Virus record (IMG/VR): IMGVR_UViG_3300032250_000088
Coordinates: 1 to 54,346 of that record
Origin: a virus
Lineage: Duplodnaviria > Caudoviricetes
Direction: 5' to 3' (one strand)
Length of the DNA: 54,346 bases
Of this stretch, positions 36,032-46,084 are shown one piece after another; the stretch's first letter is position 1, and every line of letters begins with the position of its first letter. Both the position numbers and the translations under genes were made by a program. Under the pieces are notes generated by a model. The model was given only the letters and a program-made list of their open reading frames with translations. It searched no databases and had not been told where the DNA came from.

Positions 36032-39000
36032 ATGGCAGAATTTAAATTAGGAAGAATTAGATTTGTTTGGAAGAGCGAGTGGACAACCGCTACGACCTAT
36101 TACAAAGACGATGTTGTTAGATTTGGTGGAAAGACTTATGTCTGCCAGGTTGGTCACACTTCCGCAACAGATTTTAATACAGACCTCGACATTAGTCCTA
36201 CCAAGTGGAATTTAATGAGCGACGGACAGCGTTGGAGAGATACTTGGTCTGTAAGCACCGCCTATCAAGAAGGCGATCTAGTAAAATACGGCGGAACGAT
36301 CTATGTCTGTGTGGATGCACATACTTCTGCTGCAACAACTACCTTGGGTCTAGAAAACAATTCAGCAGACTGGAATTTGTTTATTGAAGGCATAGAAAAT
36401 CGAGGTGACTGGGCAGTATCAACACGATACAAACTCAACGACATTGTAAGATACGGAGCCATAAGTTATATTTGTGTAACAGCACATACTTCCGCTGCCG
36501 ACATCACCTCGGGCTTAGAAACCAACATTGCAAATTGGCAGGTATTTTCTCAAGGACTAGAAAGCAAAGGTGACTGGGTAACTGGTACTAGATACAAATT
36601 AAATGATGTTGTAAAACAAGGAGCAAGTCTCTGGTTGTGCAATACCTATCACACTGCCGCTGCTTTGTTTATAACAGACCTAGCAAATTGGACACAGTTG
36701 GTAGAAGGATTTGAATTTGAGTCAACTTGGAATTCTGGCACAACCTATCAATCAGGTGACGTTGTTCGATACGGCGGAAACTCTTATGTTGCTAAAACAG
36801 TACACACCGGGTCAAATCCAGTTACCGGTACAGACAACTGGGATTTGTTTGCTGAAAACTTAAAATATCAATCAAACTGGAGCAGTTCAACTTCTTATCG
36901 TGTCGGCGAAGTTGTCAAACTCAATGCAAACACCTACTTGGCCACAGCTGATTCTTCATCATACGCCGTTGTTGTAACTGGAACTACTGGAACTGGAACA
37001 AATACTCTAACAACTTCTACAAGCACTACCGGACTTGTTGTAGGAATGACCATTAGATTTACTTCTGGTACATTTGGCGGAGTATTACAAGATGCTAGAT
37101 ATTATGTAAAAGAAATTGTTGGACCAAATGAAATTAGAATTAGTATATCTGCAGGTGGTGCAAACTTTGCACTGACTACAGCAACTGGTACAATGGCAGC
37201 AACTGCTTCAGTAGAACCTCCAAATACATCTTACTGGAGTCTTTTGAGTTCCGGTATCTACTGGAGAAGTTCTTGGACAGACGACACCGAATACTATGCC
37301 GGTGATGTTGTAAATTATGGCGCCAATACTTACTATTGTATTTTGGCTCACAGGTCCGAAGGCGACGACGGATCTACAATCGGCACACAAGGTGGCGGCA
37401 ATGCACTAAGTAGACCAGATGTTGATATCACTGGTACTTACTGGAATGTGATGACTGTGGGCAGTGAAACTTCAGTACTAACTACAACAGGCGATATTGT
37501 ATACTACGGTGGTGCAGGCCCAACAAGATTGCCTGTAGGCACAGAAGGTCAAGTCCTTCGTGTAAGTGCTCTAAACACTCCTGAGTGGGTGACATGGGGT
37601 CAAACAGATCATGTTTACTATGTTTCACCGGACGGAGAAGATAGAGCGTATCCTGATTGTGGAGCCAGCCTAGACAAACCTTGGAAAACTATTCGATATG
37701 CCTGCGAACAGGTAGAAAAAGGTCCAAGAAATCCTAAAGCTCAACATCTTCTAGAATTAAATCGTGCATTCATGCAGAAAGAAATCACAGCATGGATTAG
37801 AACACAAGTTGCCGCAGCAACAGTCGGTCAACTTTGGTATAATTTTGATTACGATGAATACAAGTGCGAACGAGATGTTGGATTTATCATTGACAGATTG
37901 ATTTGGGACCTTGGCCATGGCGGAAATTTAAAAACTCGAGCCGCTGCTTTTAGTTTACTAGGAGCATTTGGTGAAGCTGGAGAATTCTCAGCACCAGAAG
38001 AAAGCGAAACATATGTAACCCTGGCTGCAGAAGCAGACGAAGGTGTTGCAGCCTACGAACAATTGAAATTATTAGTAGCAGATGTGTTGGCCAACGAAGT
38101 GCCAACTACCTTATACCAAACATTAGCCGCAGACTCTACAGCTATAGTTGCCCAGTACATTAACACTGACTATGTAGCTGAAACTGGTATCACTACCACT
38201 GCTAATAGTCTTATTGATATTGTTATAACCGCACTTACAGATCAAGTCACAACTAATCTTCCAGCAAGACGTGTGCCTAATAACACAATCAATATTAAAA
38301 CAGGCCAGTATAGAGAAACACTTCCTATCATTGTGCCTGCAGAAACTGCACTAGTAGGTGACGAAAAGCGTTCAGTAAACGCCGGCCCAGCAGGTAGCTT
38401 AACTAGTCGAGATGATGCCAAGTACAGTATTGGCGCATTGACTAGACTGGAAACTGTAGTTGGACAGATCATATTAGGATCAAATGTAACCGAGTCAACC
38501 GGTAACACTGCTACTCAAAGTGCTCTGGTACCATTTGCTAGCTCTGTAGAAGAACTAGATATCAAGCGTTTGGTAAGAACTATTCAGCATCAGATCGATT
38601 TTAAAATTGGCACAAATATATTAGAAACTGTAACTAATCCTACAGGCTATAATGTAGGATTCCTATCAGGTTTTGGTGACGCTCGTACTTTACTAAAAGA
38701 AAACAAAGAATTTCTAAAAGATGAAATTACAGCGTTCATTGCAGCAAACTATCCGGCAGTAAAATACAGCAAAACTAAATGTCGTAGAGACATTGGATTT
38801 ATAGTAGATGCAGTATGCTATGATATAACCTACGGCGGAAGTTATCAAACACTGACTGCTGGTTTGGCCTATTTCGATGGTAATGCCAGCACCGACTTAC
38901 AGATTGACAGCTCAGAAATAGCTGCTACCGCTGCTAGTTACAGTCGTTTGAAAACAGTAATGCAACAGATTATTGCTAACACCACTGTAACTAGATCTAC

Positions 39001-42000
39001 AGGAAATGCAGCTACTCAGTGGACCGACAGCACTAACTTACCCGGCGGCGCTAGTGCAAACGCCACAGTTGGCAATCTTATAGATATTATTATTAACATT
39101 ATACAAGGAGATTCAACAGCAAGTTTAACTCCACAGATTAATATTACACAGATTGCAGGTACAAATACATTTACATCTAACAGTCACGGACTGCTAGTTG
39201 GTGATGCAGTTATTCCAAGAACCACAGCCAACGGGTTAACTGCTGGTGTAAAATATTGGGTAGTAGGGACAGTTAACACAAACACTTTCCAACTTGCAGC
39301 CACATATGGCGGAAGTGTGTTGGCTACATTTACCAACGGCTCGGGGTTAGATTTAGATTTTGAAATCATAGACTATCCTACAGCTACAGATGCAGTTACA
39401 TCAACCACAGCACTCATAGCTGCCGCAGTGACTTTAGATGCAGCTCAGGAAACCATTGTGACAAATGCCACAAGTTTTATTTCCTCAACTTATCCAACAT
39501 TGGTCTATAACAGTGCAAAATGCCAACGAGATGTAAGATTGATTCTTGAAGCTGTGATGTTTGACTTCATGTTTAACAGCAACAGTCTAACTCGTACCGC
39601 AGCATATTCATATCTAAGAAGCACAGCCAGCGATGTATTCAGTTTGAATCAAAAGACAGCTACTCGTGCAGCATTTAGTTATGTGGCTACTCAAGCAGCA
39701 GCCAATGTAGGCGGTAATGCCACAGCACAAGCTAGAATTTCTACACTAATGACCATGTTAGACGACATTGTCTACGGTGCAACTAACAACGGTTCTATTT
39801 GTCAGACAAGTATTAGAACAGCTGATTATGCTAGACTACAACTAGAGCGCAATAGAGCGTATATTGTGGCCGAAATTAATGCTTATATCGGCTCAACTTA
39901 TACTACAACTGTGTCATCAGCTAACTCAGCCACTGATATATTGACCTGTACAGATACCAGCTGGATGCAGAGAAATGCCGCAATAAGATTCAGCGGTGCC
40001 GCAGTAGACGGTAATCCAAACATTAACTCTACAACCACATATTACATTCAAAATGTCATAAGTGCTACTGAATTTAGAATTTCTGCAACACGAAATTCTA
40101 TGGCAACTATAAATTTCACTGTTAATATTTCAAGCAATTTTACAGTGAGCCTATATTACAACAGTGCCTCATGCCTAAGAGATGTAAACAGATACATCGA
40201 TGCACTAAAATTTGATTTGCAATATCCTGGAAACTATGAGTCTAGAATGGCTGCAAGATATTATGCCAATGCAGTTACAGGCAGTCTAGAAGAAGACATG
40301 TATTACCTACGCAACGGTACTGGTATTAGAAATCAAACGCTACAAGGGCTTACAGGTGATCTTCTTGCTCCGAACGAATATGGTACTTCTCGTGTAAGTG
40401 CTGGAGCCTACTGTTCACTGGATCCAGGTTGGGGACCAGATGACTTCCGCACATGGATCATTGCTCGTTCGCCTTATATACAAAACGTTGCTACATTTGG
40501 TACAGCGGCTGTGGGTCAAAAGATTGACGGTGCTCTACACAATGGTGGTAACGACTCAATCGTTTCCAACGACTTTACACAAATTATCAGCGACGGTATT
40601 GGTGCTTGGGTAACCAACAATGGTCGTGCTGAACTTGTTTCAGTATTCTCGTATTATGCGCACATTGGCTATCTTGCAGAAGCTGGTGGCCGTATTCGTG
40701 GCACCAACGGTAATAACTCATACGGTGACTTTGGTTCTGTAGCAGAAGGGTTTGATGTAAGAGAAACCCCAATTACCTGTAAAATAAACAACAAGGCCTT
40801 CCTTGCCGGAGTTGGAACTGTTTTAACCAACGGAACTGAAACAGTTTTACAGTTTGAATACGACAATGCAGGTAATGACTATTCTGAAATAGTTTGGAGT
40901 ATAACAGGTTCGGGCACAAATGCTTCAGTAGAACAAGACGACTTCCGTGATGGAGCAGTCTTTAATGTTAGAATGGTAGACAATACTGAAGACAGTGCAT
41001 TGGCTCCCGAAGTGGACGGAAACTTTGGCGGAACCAACTATCTTTCGAACGCTAACACAGCACAGGGCGGAACTACCACACAGTTGACACTGGCTGCGGT
41101 TGATGATGAAATTACCGGTGCCTATGTTGGAATGAAGTTGTTGGTTACTGCGGGAACAGGTGCCGGACAAGTTGGTATTGTGTCTGCATACACTGCTACA
41201 ACAAAGGTAGCCACAGTGACTAAAGAAAGCACAGGCGCAGCTGGTTGGGATCATGTAGTGCCAGGAACACCAATTGTTGCTCCTGATGCTAGCTCAACTT
41301 ATATTGTTGAACCTAGAATTGCATTTACATCACCAACTTATGCTAGCACAGCTAGAACATTGGCTTCTGCGCAGACATACACTGATGCAATTTATGCACC
41401 AACAATCGGAATATACTCGCCTATATCGGGTACTTCTAGTGGTGCAGGAACTGGTGCTACATTCACTGTGGTTAGAAAAGGTATAAAGTATCGATCAGTT
41501 AATATTGTTGCCGCAGGCTCAAATTATGCTAGATTAGACACTGTTACCCTACTAGGTACATCGCTAGGCGGTACAAGCACAAACAACATCACAATAACCA
41601 TTACAGCAGTTAGTAATTCCGGAGCAATTACTGATTTTGAATTTACCGGATTCGGAACTGGTGGAAACTTTGTTGCAATAGCCGGCGGCAGTCGAGATGT
41701 AAACTACAGCGCAAACGGAACATCTTGGTCATCGGCAGCTACAGCATTACCTAGCACTTCGAATTGGGTTTCCATGTCCAACGGTAAACTTACTGTAATT
41801 GAAAGTGCGGGTGCATTCATAGTAGGTAGAGGATATATTATTACTTCTCTAGGAACTACACCTTTTACCAGCATCGGCGCAGCAGCCAACTTGGTTGGCG
41901 TATACTTTGTGGCTACAGGAGCGGGTACAGGATCTGGAACAGCAACTCCAGTAGCTAATCATTTAGTGGCTGTGAGTTCTAGCACCACAGTAAATGCATA

Positions 42001-43720
42001 CAGCACAGACGGTGGCCTAACTTGGACCAGTGGCGGAGCACTACCAGTAGGCATGAGTGGAGCCACTGTGAGTGTTGCATTCGGATATACCTCAGCAGCT
42101 AGCGGAAGATGGGTAGCAATAAGTTCAACTGGTGCTAGTTGCTATAGCGTCAATGGCGGTGTAAGTTGGGTATCAGGCGGTGCATTGCCAGCAGCAACAT
42201 ATAGTTGTATGACCTACGGTCAGGGAAAGTGGATAGCAATATCCACTGGAGATACTATAAATGCACATAGCACAGATGGCGGATTAACCTGGACTGCTGG
42301 AACTGGATTACCAACATCAACAACTTGGACCAGTATCGCCTACGGTGCAAATAAATTTGTTGCAGTATCTAGCAACGGTGCTGTAGATCCTGCTTATTCT
42401 GTAGACGGCGGCCTAAATTGGTACAACACTGGTGAAACAGGATATCTAGGCACAGGAACTGTTACAGATGTTAGATACGGACAGGGTGTATTTGTTGTAA
42501 CAACATCCAGCAGCAACAACATGGCAAGTTCAGAAGACGGAATCAACTGGACCACAAGAGCTATCACCCGTGCTTCAGGAACTGGTGCGCTTATTGCTGT
42601 AAATGGTAATCCAAATCAAAGCAGCATCTGGGCAATTATTCCAAGTGCAAGTACAACAGCAGCATCTAGTGCTGTGTTAGGCGCCACTGCTAAAGCTAGA
42701 GCGTTTATTGTAGACACCAAGCTGATTGCAGTAAGAGTTACAGATCCAGGTTCTTCATATAGTGCAGCACCAACAATGACTGTTACAGACCCTAACAATT
42801 TGTTTGAAGCTCCGTTTGTTGTGAGAATTGGCAACGGTGTAGTAGCTCAACCAAGTTTTAGAAATCGTGGTCAAGACTATGATGCAGCAACAGCAGAACA
42901 AGACACAGGTGATGGATACGCAGATAACTTCCAATACGGAAATTACATTGCGGTTAATCGATTAACTGGATCGCCATCAACTGGTTCTAACGTGGTTATT
43001 GCTGGTATACCAGATATCACATTCAAATTGGTAAATGTTCTTTCATTAGCAGGAGCATACGATGGCGGTAAATCAGCGTTCTTCCAAGTCAGTCCGGAAG
43101 TAAGCCTGTTAAATTCACCTCCAGATTCTGCGGCAATAACCACAAGAATTCGATACAGTCAGGTTCGACTAACTGGACACGATTTCTTAGATATTGGTAC
43201 AGGCAGCTTTACAGAAACCAATTATCCTGGAATACCAACACAGCCAGCTATACAAGCCAACGAAACAGCAGACCTTAACGGTGGTCGTGTGTTCTATACA
43301 TCAACTGACCAGGACGGTAACTTCCGAGTTGGTGAACTGTTTACTATTGAACAGTCAACTGGTGTTGCGACACTAAATGCAGATGCATTTAACATTGCAG
43401 GCCTATCAGAACTATCCTTGGGTAATATTACCCTAGGCGGTAACTCAGCAACAATTACGGAGTTTTCAACAGATCCTTTCTTATCAGCTAACAGCGACAG
43501 TGTTGTACCTACACAAAGGGCAATTAAGTCTTACATTAGTTCACAGATTGGTGGCGGTGGTGCCAGTTTGAATGTAAATAGCGTTGTGGCAGGATTTATA
43601 CAGATTTCGAATACTCGAATCACAACAACCACAGGGCAGACAATTCAAATGGATGCCAGCTTTAACTTCACAGGCGGAGTTAGAGGTTATCCAATAGCTT
43701 GGAATTATTACTTTACTTAA
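36032..43720 (+). CDS. Giant multidomain virion protein B, 2562 aa
   Basis: Same architecture as protein A (MAEFK start, SPYIQNV.TFG, RSIVSNDFTQ-like, YSQVR.TGHDFLD, STDQDGNFRVG) with four CxRD domains and Asp-box (S.DGG..W) repeats. Confidence 0.8.
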   Translation: MAEFKLGRIRFVWKSEWTTATTYYKDDVVRFGGKTYVCQVGHTSATDFNTDLDISPTKWNLMSDGQRWRDTWSVSTAYQEGDLVKYGGTIYVCVDAHTSAATTTLGLENNSADWNLFIEGIENRGDWAVSTRYKLNDIVRYGAISYICVTAHTSAADITSGLETNIANWQVFSQGLESKGDWVTGTRYKLNDVVKQGASLWLCNTYHTAAALFITDLANWTQLVEGFEFESTWNSGTTYQSGDVVRYGGNSYVAKTVHTGSNPVTGTDNWDLFAENLKYQSNWSSSTSYRVGEVVKLNANTYLATADSSSYAVVVTGTTGTGTNTLTTSTSTTGLVVGMTIRFTSGTFGGVLQDARYYVKEIVGPNEIRISISAGGANFALTTATGTMAATASVEPPNTSYWSLLSSGIYWRSSWTDDTEYYAGDVVNYGANTYYCILAHRSEGDDGSTIGTQGGGNALSRPDVDITGTYWNVMTVGSETSVLTTTGDIVYYGGAGPTRLPVGTEGQVLRVSALNTPEWVTWGQTDHVYYVSPDGEDRAYPDCGASLDKPWKTIRYACEQVEKGPRNPKAQHLLELNRAFMQKEITAWIRTQVAAATVGQLWYNFDYDEYKCERDVGFIIDRLIWDLGHGGNLKTRAAAFSLLGAFGEAGEFSAPEESETYVTLAAEADEGVAAYEQLKLLVADVLANEVPTTLYQTLAADSTAIVAQYINTDYVAETGITTTANSLIDIVITALTDQVTTNLPARRVPNNTINIKTGQYRETLPIIVPAETALVGDEKRSVNAGPAGSLTSRDDAKYSIGALTRLETVVGQIILGSNVTESTGNTATQSALVPFASSVEELDIKRLVRTIQHQIDFKIGTNILETVTNPTGYNVGFLSGFGDARTLLKENKEFLKDEITAFIAANYPAVKYSKTKCRRDIGFIVDAVCYDITYGGSYQTLTAGLAYFDGNASTDLQIDSSEIAATAASYSRLKTVMQQIIANTTVTRSTGNAATQWTDSTNLPGGASANATVGNLIDIIINIIQGDSTASLTPQINITQIAGTNTFTSNSHGLLVGDAVIPRTTANGLTAGVKYWVVGTVNTNTFQLAATYGGSVLATFTNGSGLDLDFEIIDYPTATDAVTSTTALIAAAVTLDAAQETIVTNATSFISSTYPTLVYNSAKCQRDVRLILEAVMFDFMFNSNSLTRTAAYSYLRSTASDVFSLNQKTATRAAFSYVATQAAANVGGNATAQARISTLMTMLDDIVYGATNNGSICQTSIRTADYARLQLERNRAYIVAEINAYIGSTYTTTVSSANSATDILTCTDTSWMQRNAAIRFSGAAVDGNPNINSTTTYYIQNVISATEFRISATRNSMATINFTVNISSNFTVSLYYNSASCLRDVNRYIDALKFDLQYPGNYESRMAARYYANAVTGSLEEDMYYLRNGTGIRNQTLQGLTGDLLAPNEYGTSRVSAGAYCSLDPGWGPDDFRTWIIARSPYIQNVATFGTAAVGQKIDGALHNGGNDSIVSNDFTQIISDGIGAWVTNNGRAELVSVFSYYAHIGYLAEAGGRIRGTNGNNSYGDFGSVAEGFDVRETPITCKINNKAFLAGVGTVLTNGTETVLQFEYDNAGNDYSEIVWSITGSGTNASVEQDDFRDGAVFNVRMVDNTEDSALAPEVDGNFGGTNYLSNANTAQGGTTTQLTLAAVDDEITGAYVGMKLLVTAGTGAGQVGIVSAYTATTKVATVTKESTGAAGWDHVVPGTPIVAPDASSTYIVEPRIAFTSPTYASTARTLASAQTYTDAIYAPTIGIYSPISGTSSGAGTGATFTVVRKGIKYRSVNIVAAGSNYARLDTVTLLGTSLGGTSTNNITITITAVSNSGAITDFEFTGFGTGGNFVAIAGGSRDVNYSANGTSWSSAATALPSTSNWVSMSNGKLTVIESAGAFIVGRGYIITSLGTTPFTSIGAAANLVGVYFVATGAGTGSGTATPVANHLVAVSSSTTVNAYSTDGGLTWTSGGALPVGMSGATVSVAFGYTSAASGRWVAISSTGASCYSVNGGVSWVSGGALPAATYSCMTYGQGKWIAISTGDTINAHSTDGGLTWTAGTGLPTSTTWTSIAYGANKFVAVSSNGAVDPAYSVDGGLNWYNTGETGYLGTGTVTDVRYGQGVFVVTTSSSNNMASSEDGINWTTRAITRASGTGALIAVNGNPNQSSIWAIIPSASTTAASSAVLGATAKARAFIVDTKLIAVRVTDPGSSYSAAPTMTVTDPNNLFEAPFVVRIGNGVVAQPSFRNRGQDYDAATAEQDTGDGYADNFQYGNYIAVNRLTGSPSTGSNVVIAGIPDITFKLVNVLSLAGAYDGGKSAFFQVSPEVSLLNSPPDSAAITTRIRYSQVRLTGHDFLDIGTGSFTETNYPGIPTQPAIQANETADLNGGRVFYTSTDQDGNFRVGELFTIEQSTGVATLNADAFNIAGLSELSLGNITLGGNSATITEFSTDPFLSANSDSVVPTQRAIKSYISSQIGGGGASLNVNSVVAGFIQISNTRITTTTGQTIQMDASFNFTGGVRGYPIAWNYYFT

Positions 43721-43735
43721 TTAACGGAGATTTTT

Positions 43736-44059
43736 ATGGCAACAGGAAGATTAGGAGCATTTGACATTACGGCTACTACAAATACCACAGTATATACTTG
43801 CCCAGCAAGTACATTTTCAGTGGTAACAGTCAGTCTGTGTAACAGAAATGCAAGTTCAACAAGAACCGTCAGGATTGCAGTGGCTAGTAGCAGCACTCCT
43901 ACGGCGGGAGAATATATAGAATATGATGCATCACTATTGGCCAACGGCGTTCTAGAGCGTACCGGCATAGTAGTTGATGCAGGAAAATTAATAGTTGTAT
44001 ATGCCAGCGCAGTGGATATTAGCTGTGTAGTAATGGGCATTGAGACTTCAACAGCATAA
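43736..44059 (+). CDS. Small beta-sandwich-like virion protein (paralog 3 of 3)
   Basis: TTVYTCPA...VSLCNRN...YIEYD...LERTGIV. Confidence 0.7.
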   Translation: MATGRLGAFDITATTNTTVYTCPASTFSVVTVSLCNRNASSTRTVRIAVASSSTPTAGEYIEYDASLLANGVLERTGIVVDAGKLIVVYASAVDISCVVMGIETSTA

Positions 44060-44072
44060 GGAAGAATATAAA

Positions 44073-45212
44073 ATGGGAAGAAGAGTCAGCAACGGGGTAG
44101 TTGGAGCGGCCGGATCAATCGGCCAACTAAGTATTGTGGGCAACACACTGACCACGACCCAGGATAATACAAACTTGATCATTGATCCACAGGGCACGGG
44201 CGTTACACAGTTTGTGGGAAATCTACAGGCTAACGGTAATGCCACAACAGGTGGTGAAATACGACTAATGGATGCAGACAGCAGCAATTATGTTGCTCTA
44301 AGGTCCGTAGCCACTATTGCTACCAATAGAACTTTGATGTTTCCAGATAGCACGGGAACTGACGGACAGGTGTTGACCACAAACGGTGCAAATCCGGCTA
44401 CAATCTCTTGGACTACTCCAGCCGCGGCAGGTGTTGCTCTTTCAGACAGCTCGGGTGCATCTCCTCTTAGACTGTATCACGGAGCTGGTACATCGGGCCA
44501 ATTAACTAGTGCGAACAGCAACAGCGCACTAGCATTTATTCCTAGTACTGGAGCATTGGGATCAACGATTGGTCAATTTCCTACACTACAAGGCGGCACA
44601 GGAACCAGCGGAACATTGACCATACTGTCAACTACTTCCGGTACCAAGGCTACAGCCGGTATATTGATGACTGAAAGCATTGCATCAACAACAACTGCTA
44701 CAGGTACCCTGGTAATCACAGGCGGACTAGGAGTTGGCGGCAGAATTAATGCACTTGATTATTCAGGAACAATTGGAGCCAACTCAAGATCAACTGCACT
44801 ATTCACAACATTGGGTGCTAACAGCACCGTGAGTTTGACAGCAGGTACAGCGTCAACCAGTACCGGTTCAGGAACACTACAGGTCACAGGCGGTGTCGGA
44901 GTCACAGGACAGGTAACAGCAACCACAGTGGTTGAAACATCTAGTATTGCATTTAAAGAAAATGTCAATCCTATTGAGGATGCATTGAATAAAATTTTAC
45001 AACTAGTTGGCGTAACTTATGACCGTAAAGATGGTTCTAAGATCAACGAAGCAGGACTGATTGCTGAAGAAGTTAATAGAGTATTGCCTAATATAGTAAC
45101 CAAAGATGAACAAGGCAATGCTTATGGTCTTCAATATACCAAATTGGTGGCCTATTTGATTGAGTCTGTCAAAACGCTAAATACTAGGATTGAACAATTA
45201 GAGACAAAATAA
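44073..45212 (+). CDS. Tail fibre with C-terminal intramolecular chaperone (peptidase S74); start corrected from 44040
   Basis: STTTATGTLVITGGLGVGG repeats; TSSIAFKEN...ALNKILQL.GVTY...GLIAEEV...LQYTKLVAYLIESVK.L. Confidence 0.85.
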   Translation: MGRRVSNGVVGAAGSIGQLSIVGNTLTTTQDNTNLIIDPQGTGVTQFVGNLQANGNATTGGEIRLMDADSSNYVALRSVATIATNRTLMFPDSTGTDGQVLTTNGANPATISWTTPAAAGVALSDSSGASPLRLYHGAGTSGQLTSANSNSALAFIPSTGALGSTIGQFPTLQGGTGTSGTLTILSTTSGTKATAGILMTESIASTTTATGTLVITGGLGVGGRINALDYSGTIGANSRSTALFTTLGANSTVSLTAGTASTSTGSGTLQVTGGVGVTGQVTATTVVETSSIAFKENVNPIEDALNKILQLVGVTYDRKDGSKINEAGLIAEEVNRVLPNIVTKDEQGNAYGLQYTKLVAYLIESVKTLNTRIEQLETK

Positions 45213-45213
45213 T

Positions 45214-46077
45214 ATGGCAACCTTACTGAACACTAGATTAACTGATCAAACATTGACTTTGCCATCAGGAACAACAGCTGAGCGACCAGCAAATCCTGCA
45301 CCGGGCAGTATGAGATTTAACACAACCTTGGGCGTTGCTGAAGTTTATGACTACGGCAGCTGGAGAGATCTTGCCAATGGCGCAGAATCAGCTGGAGTAA
45401 GTGGATCTGGTGCCAGCGTAATCATGTATCTTCCATTGTTTGGAAACACCGGAGCAAATGCTGATATCACTGATCAGATCAGTGGAACAGTTGGTACATT
45501 GTCTAATACAACTACTAGAAATTATGACCAGGGCGGATATCCTGGTCTCCGAGTACAAGGCGGCGGGTGCTTAGACATTCGCCCTCCGCAGTTTGAAACT
45601 GCACAAACCACACTCAACGGTAGAAAATACTGGACCGTAGAATGGTGGTTATGGAACTTTGGAGACAGCCCAAGTGGAGTTAACTCAACTATGTTGGCAA
45701 TGAATCAGTATACTCACGGTATATTATATCGAGGACAAGGAGCAAGTCTTAGTCATTATTGGAGGAACGAGGGCATTGCTTGGGGTAATGTGACTACAGG
45801 AGCCTGGTGTCATTATGCTATAGTAGGCTATGGTGCTACTATTAAAATTTTTAACAATGGTACACAAGTTGCAGATGTAATGAATTCAGTAGGCACCAGT
45901 CAATTTGCTGATCCTTACTATCAAGGAAATGTAGCAGGTCTTAGTATTGGAGCCAGTAGTCATACTGGCCGGCCTTCTGGTGAATACACTAATGGTGTAT
46001 TTAGAAAATTTAGAGTTTCGTTGGGCGCAAGATATGCCTCGGCATTTACCCCAGCAGATGTTTATCCAATAACTTGA
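45214..46077 (+). CDS. Putative receptor-binding protein with LamG/ConA-like domain
   Basis: N-terminal LPSGTTAERP...MRFNT; WTVEWW, WCHYAIV, IFNNG, IGA, FRVS.GARY. Confidence 0.7.
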   Translation: MATLLNTRLTDQTLTLPSGTTAERPANPAPGSMRFNTTLGVAEVYDYGSWRDLANGAESAGVSGSGASVIMYLPLFGNTGANADITDQISGTVGTLSNTTTRNYDQGGYPGLRVQGGGCLDIRPPQFETAQTTLNGRKYWTVEWWLWNFGDSPSGVNSTMLAMNQYTHGILYRGQGASLSHYWRNEGIAWGNVTTGAWCHYAIVGYGATIKIFNNGTQVADVMNSVGTSQFADPYYQGNVAGLSIGASSHTGRPSGEYTNGVFRKFRVSLGARYASAFTPADVYPIT

Positions 46078-46084
46078 GAGAAAT

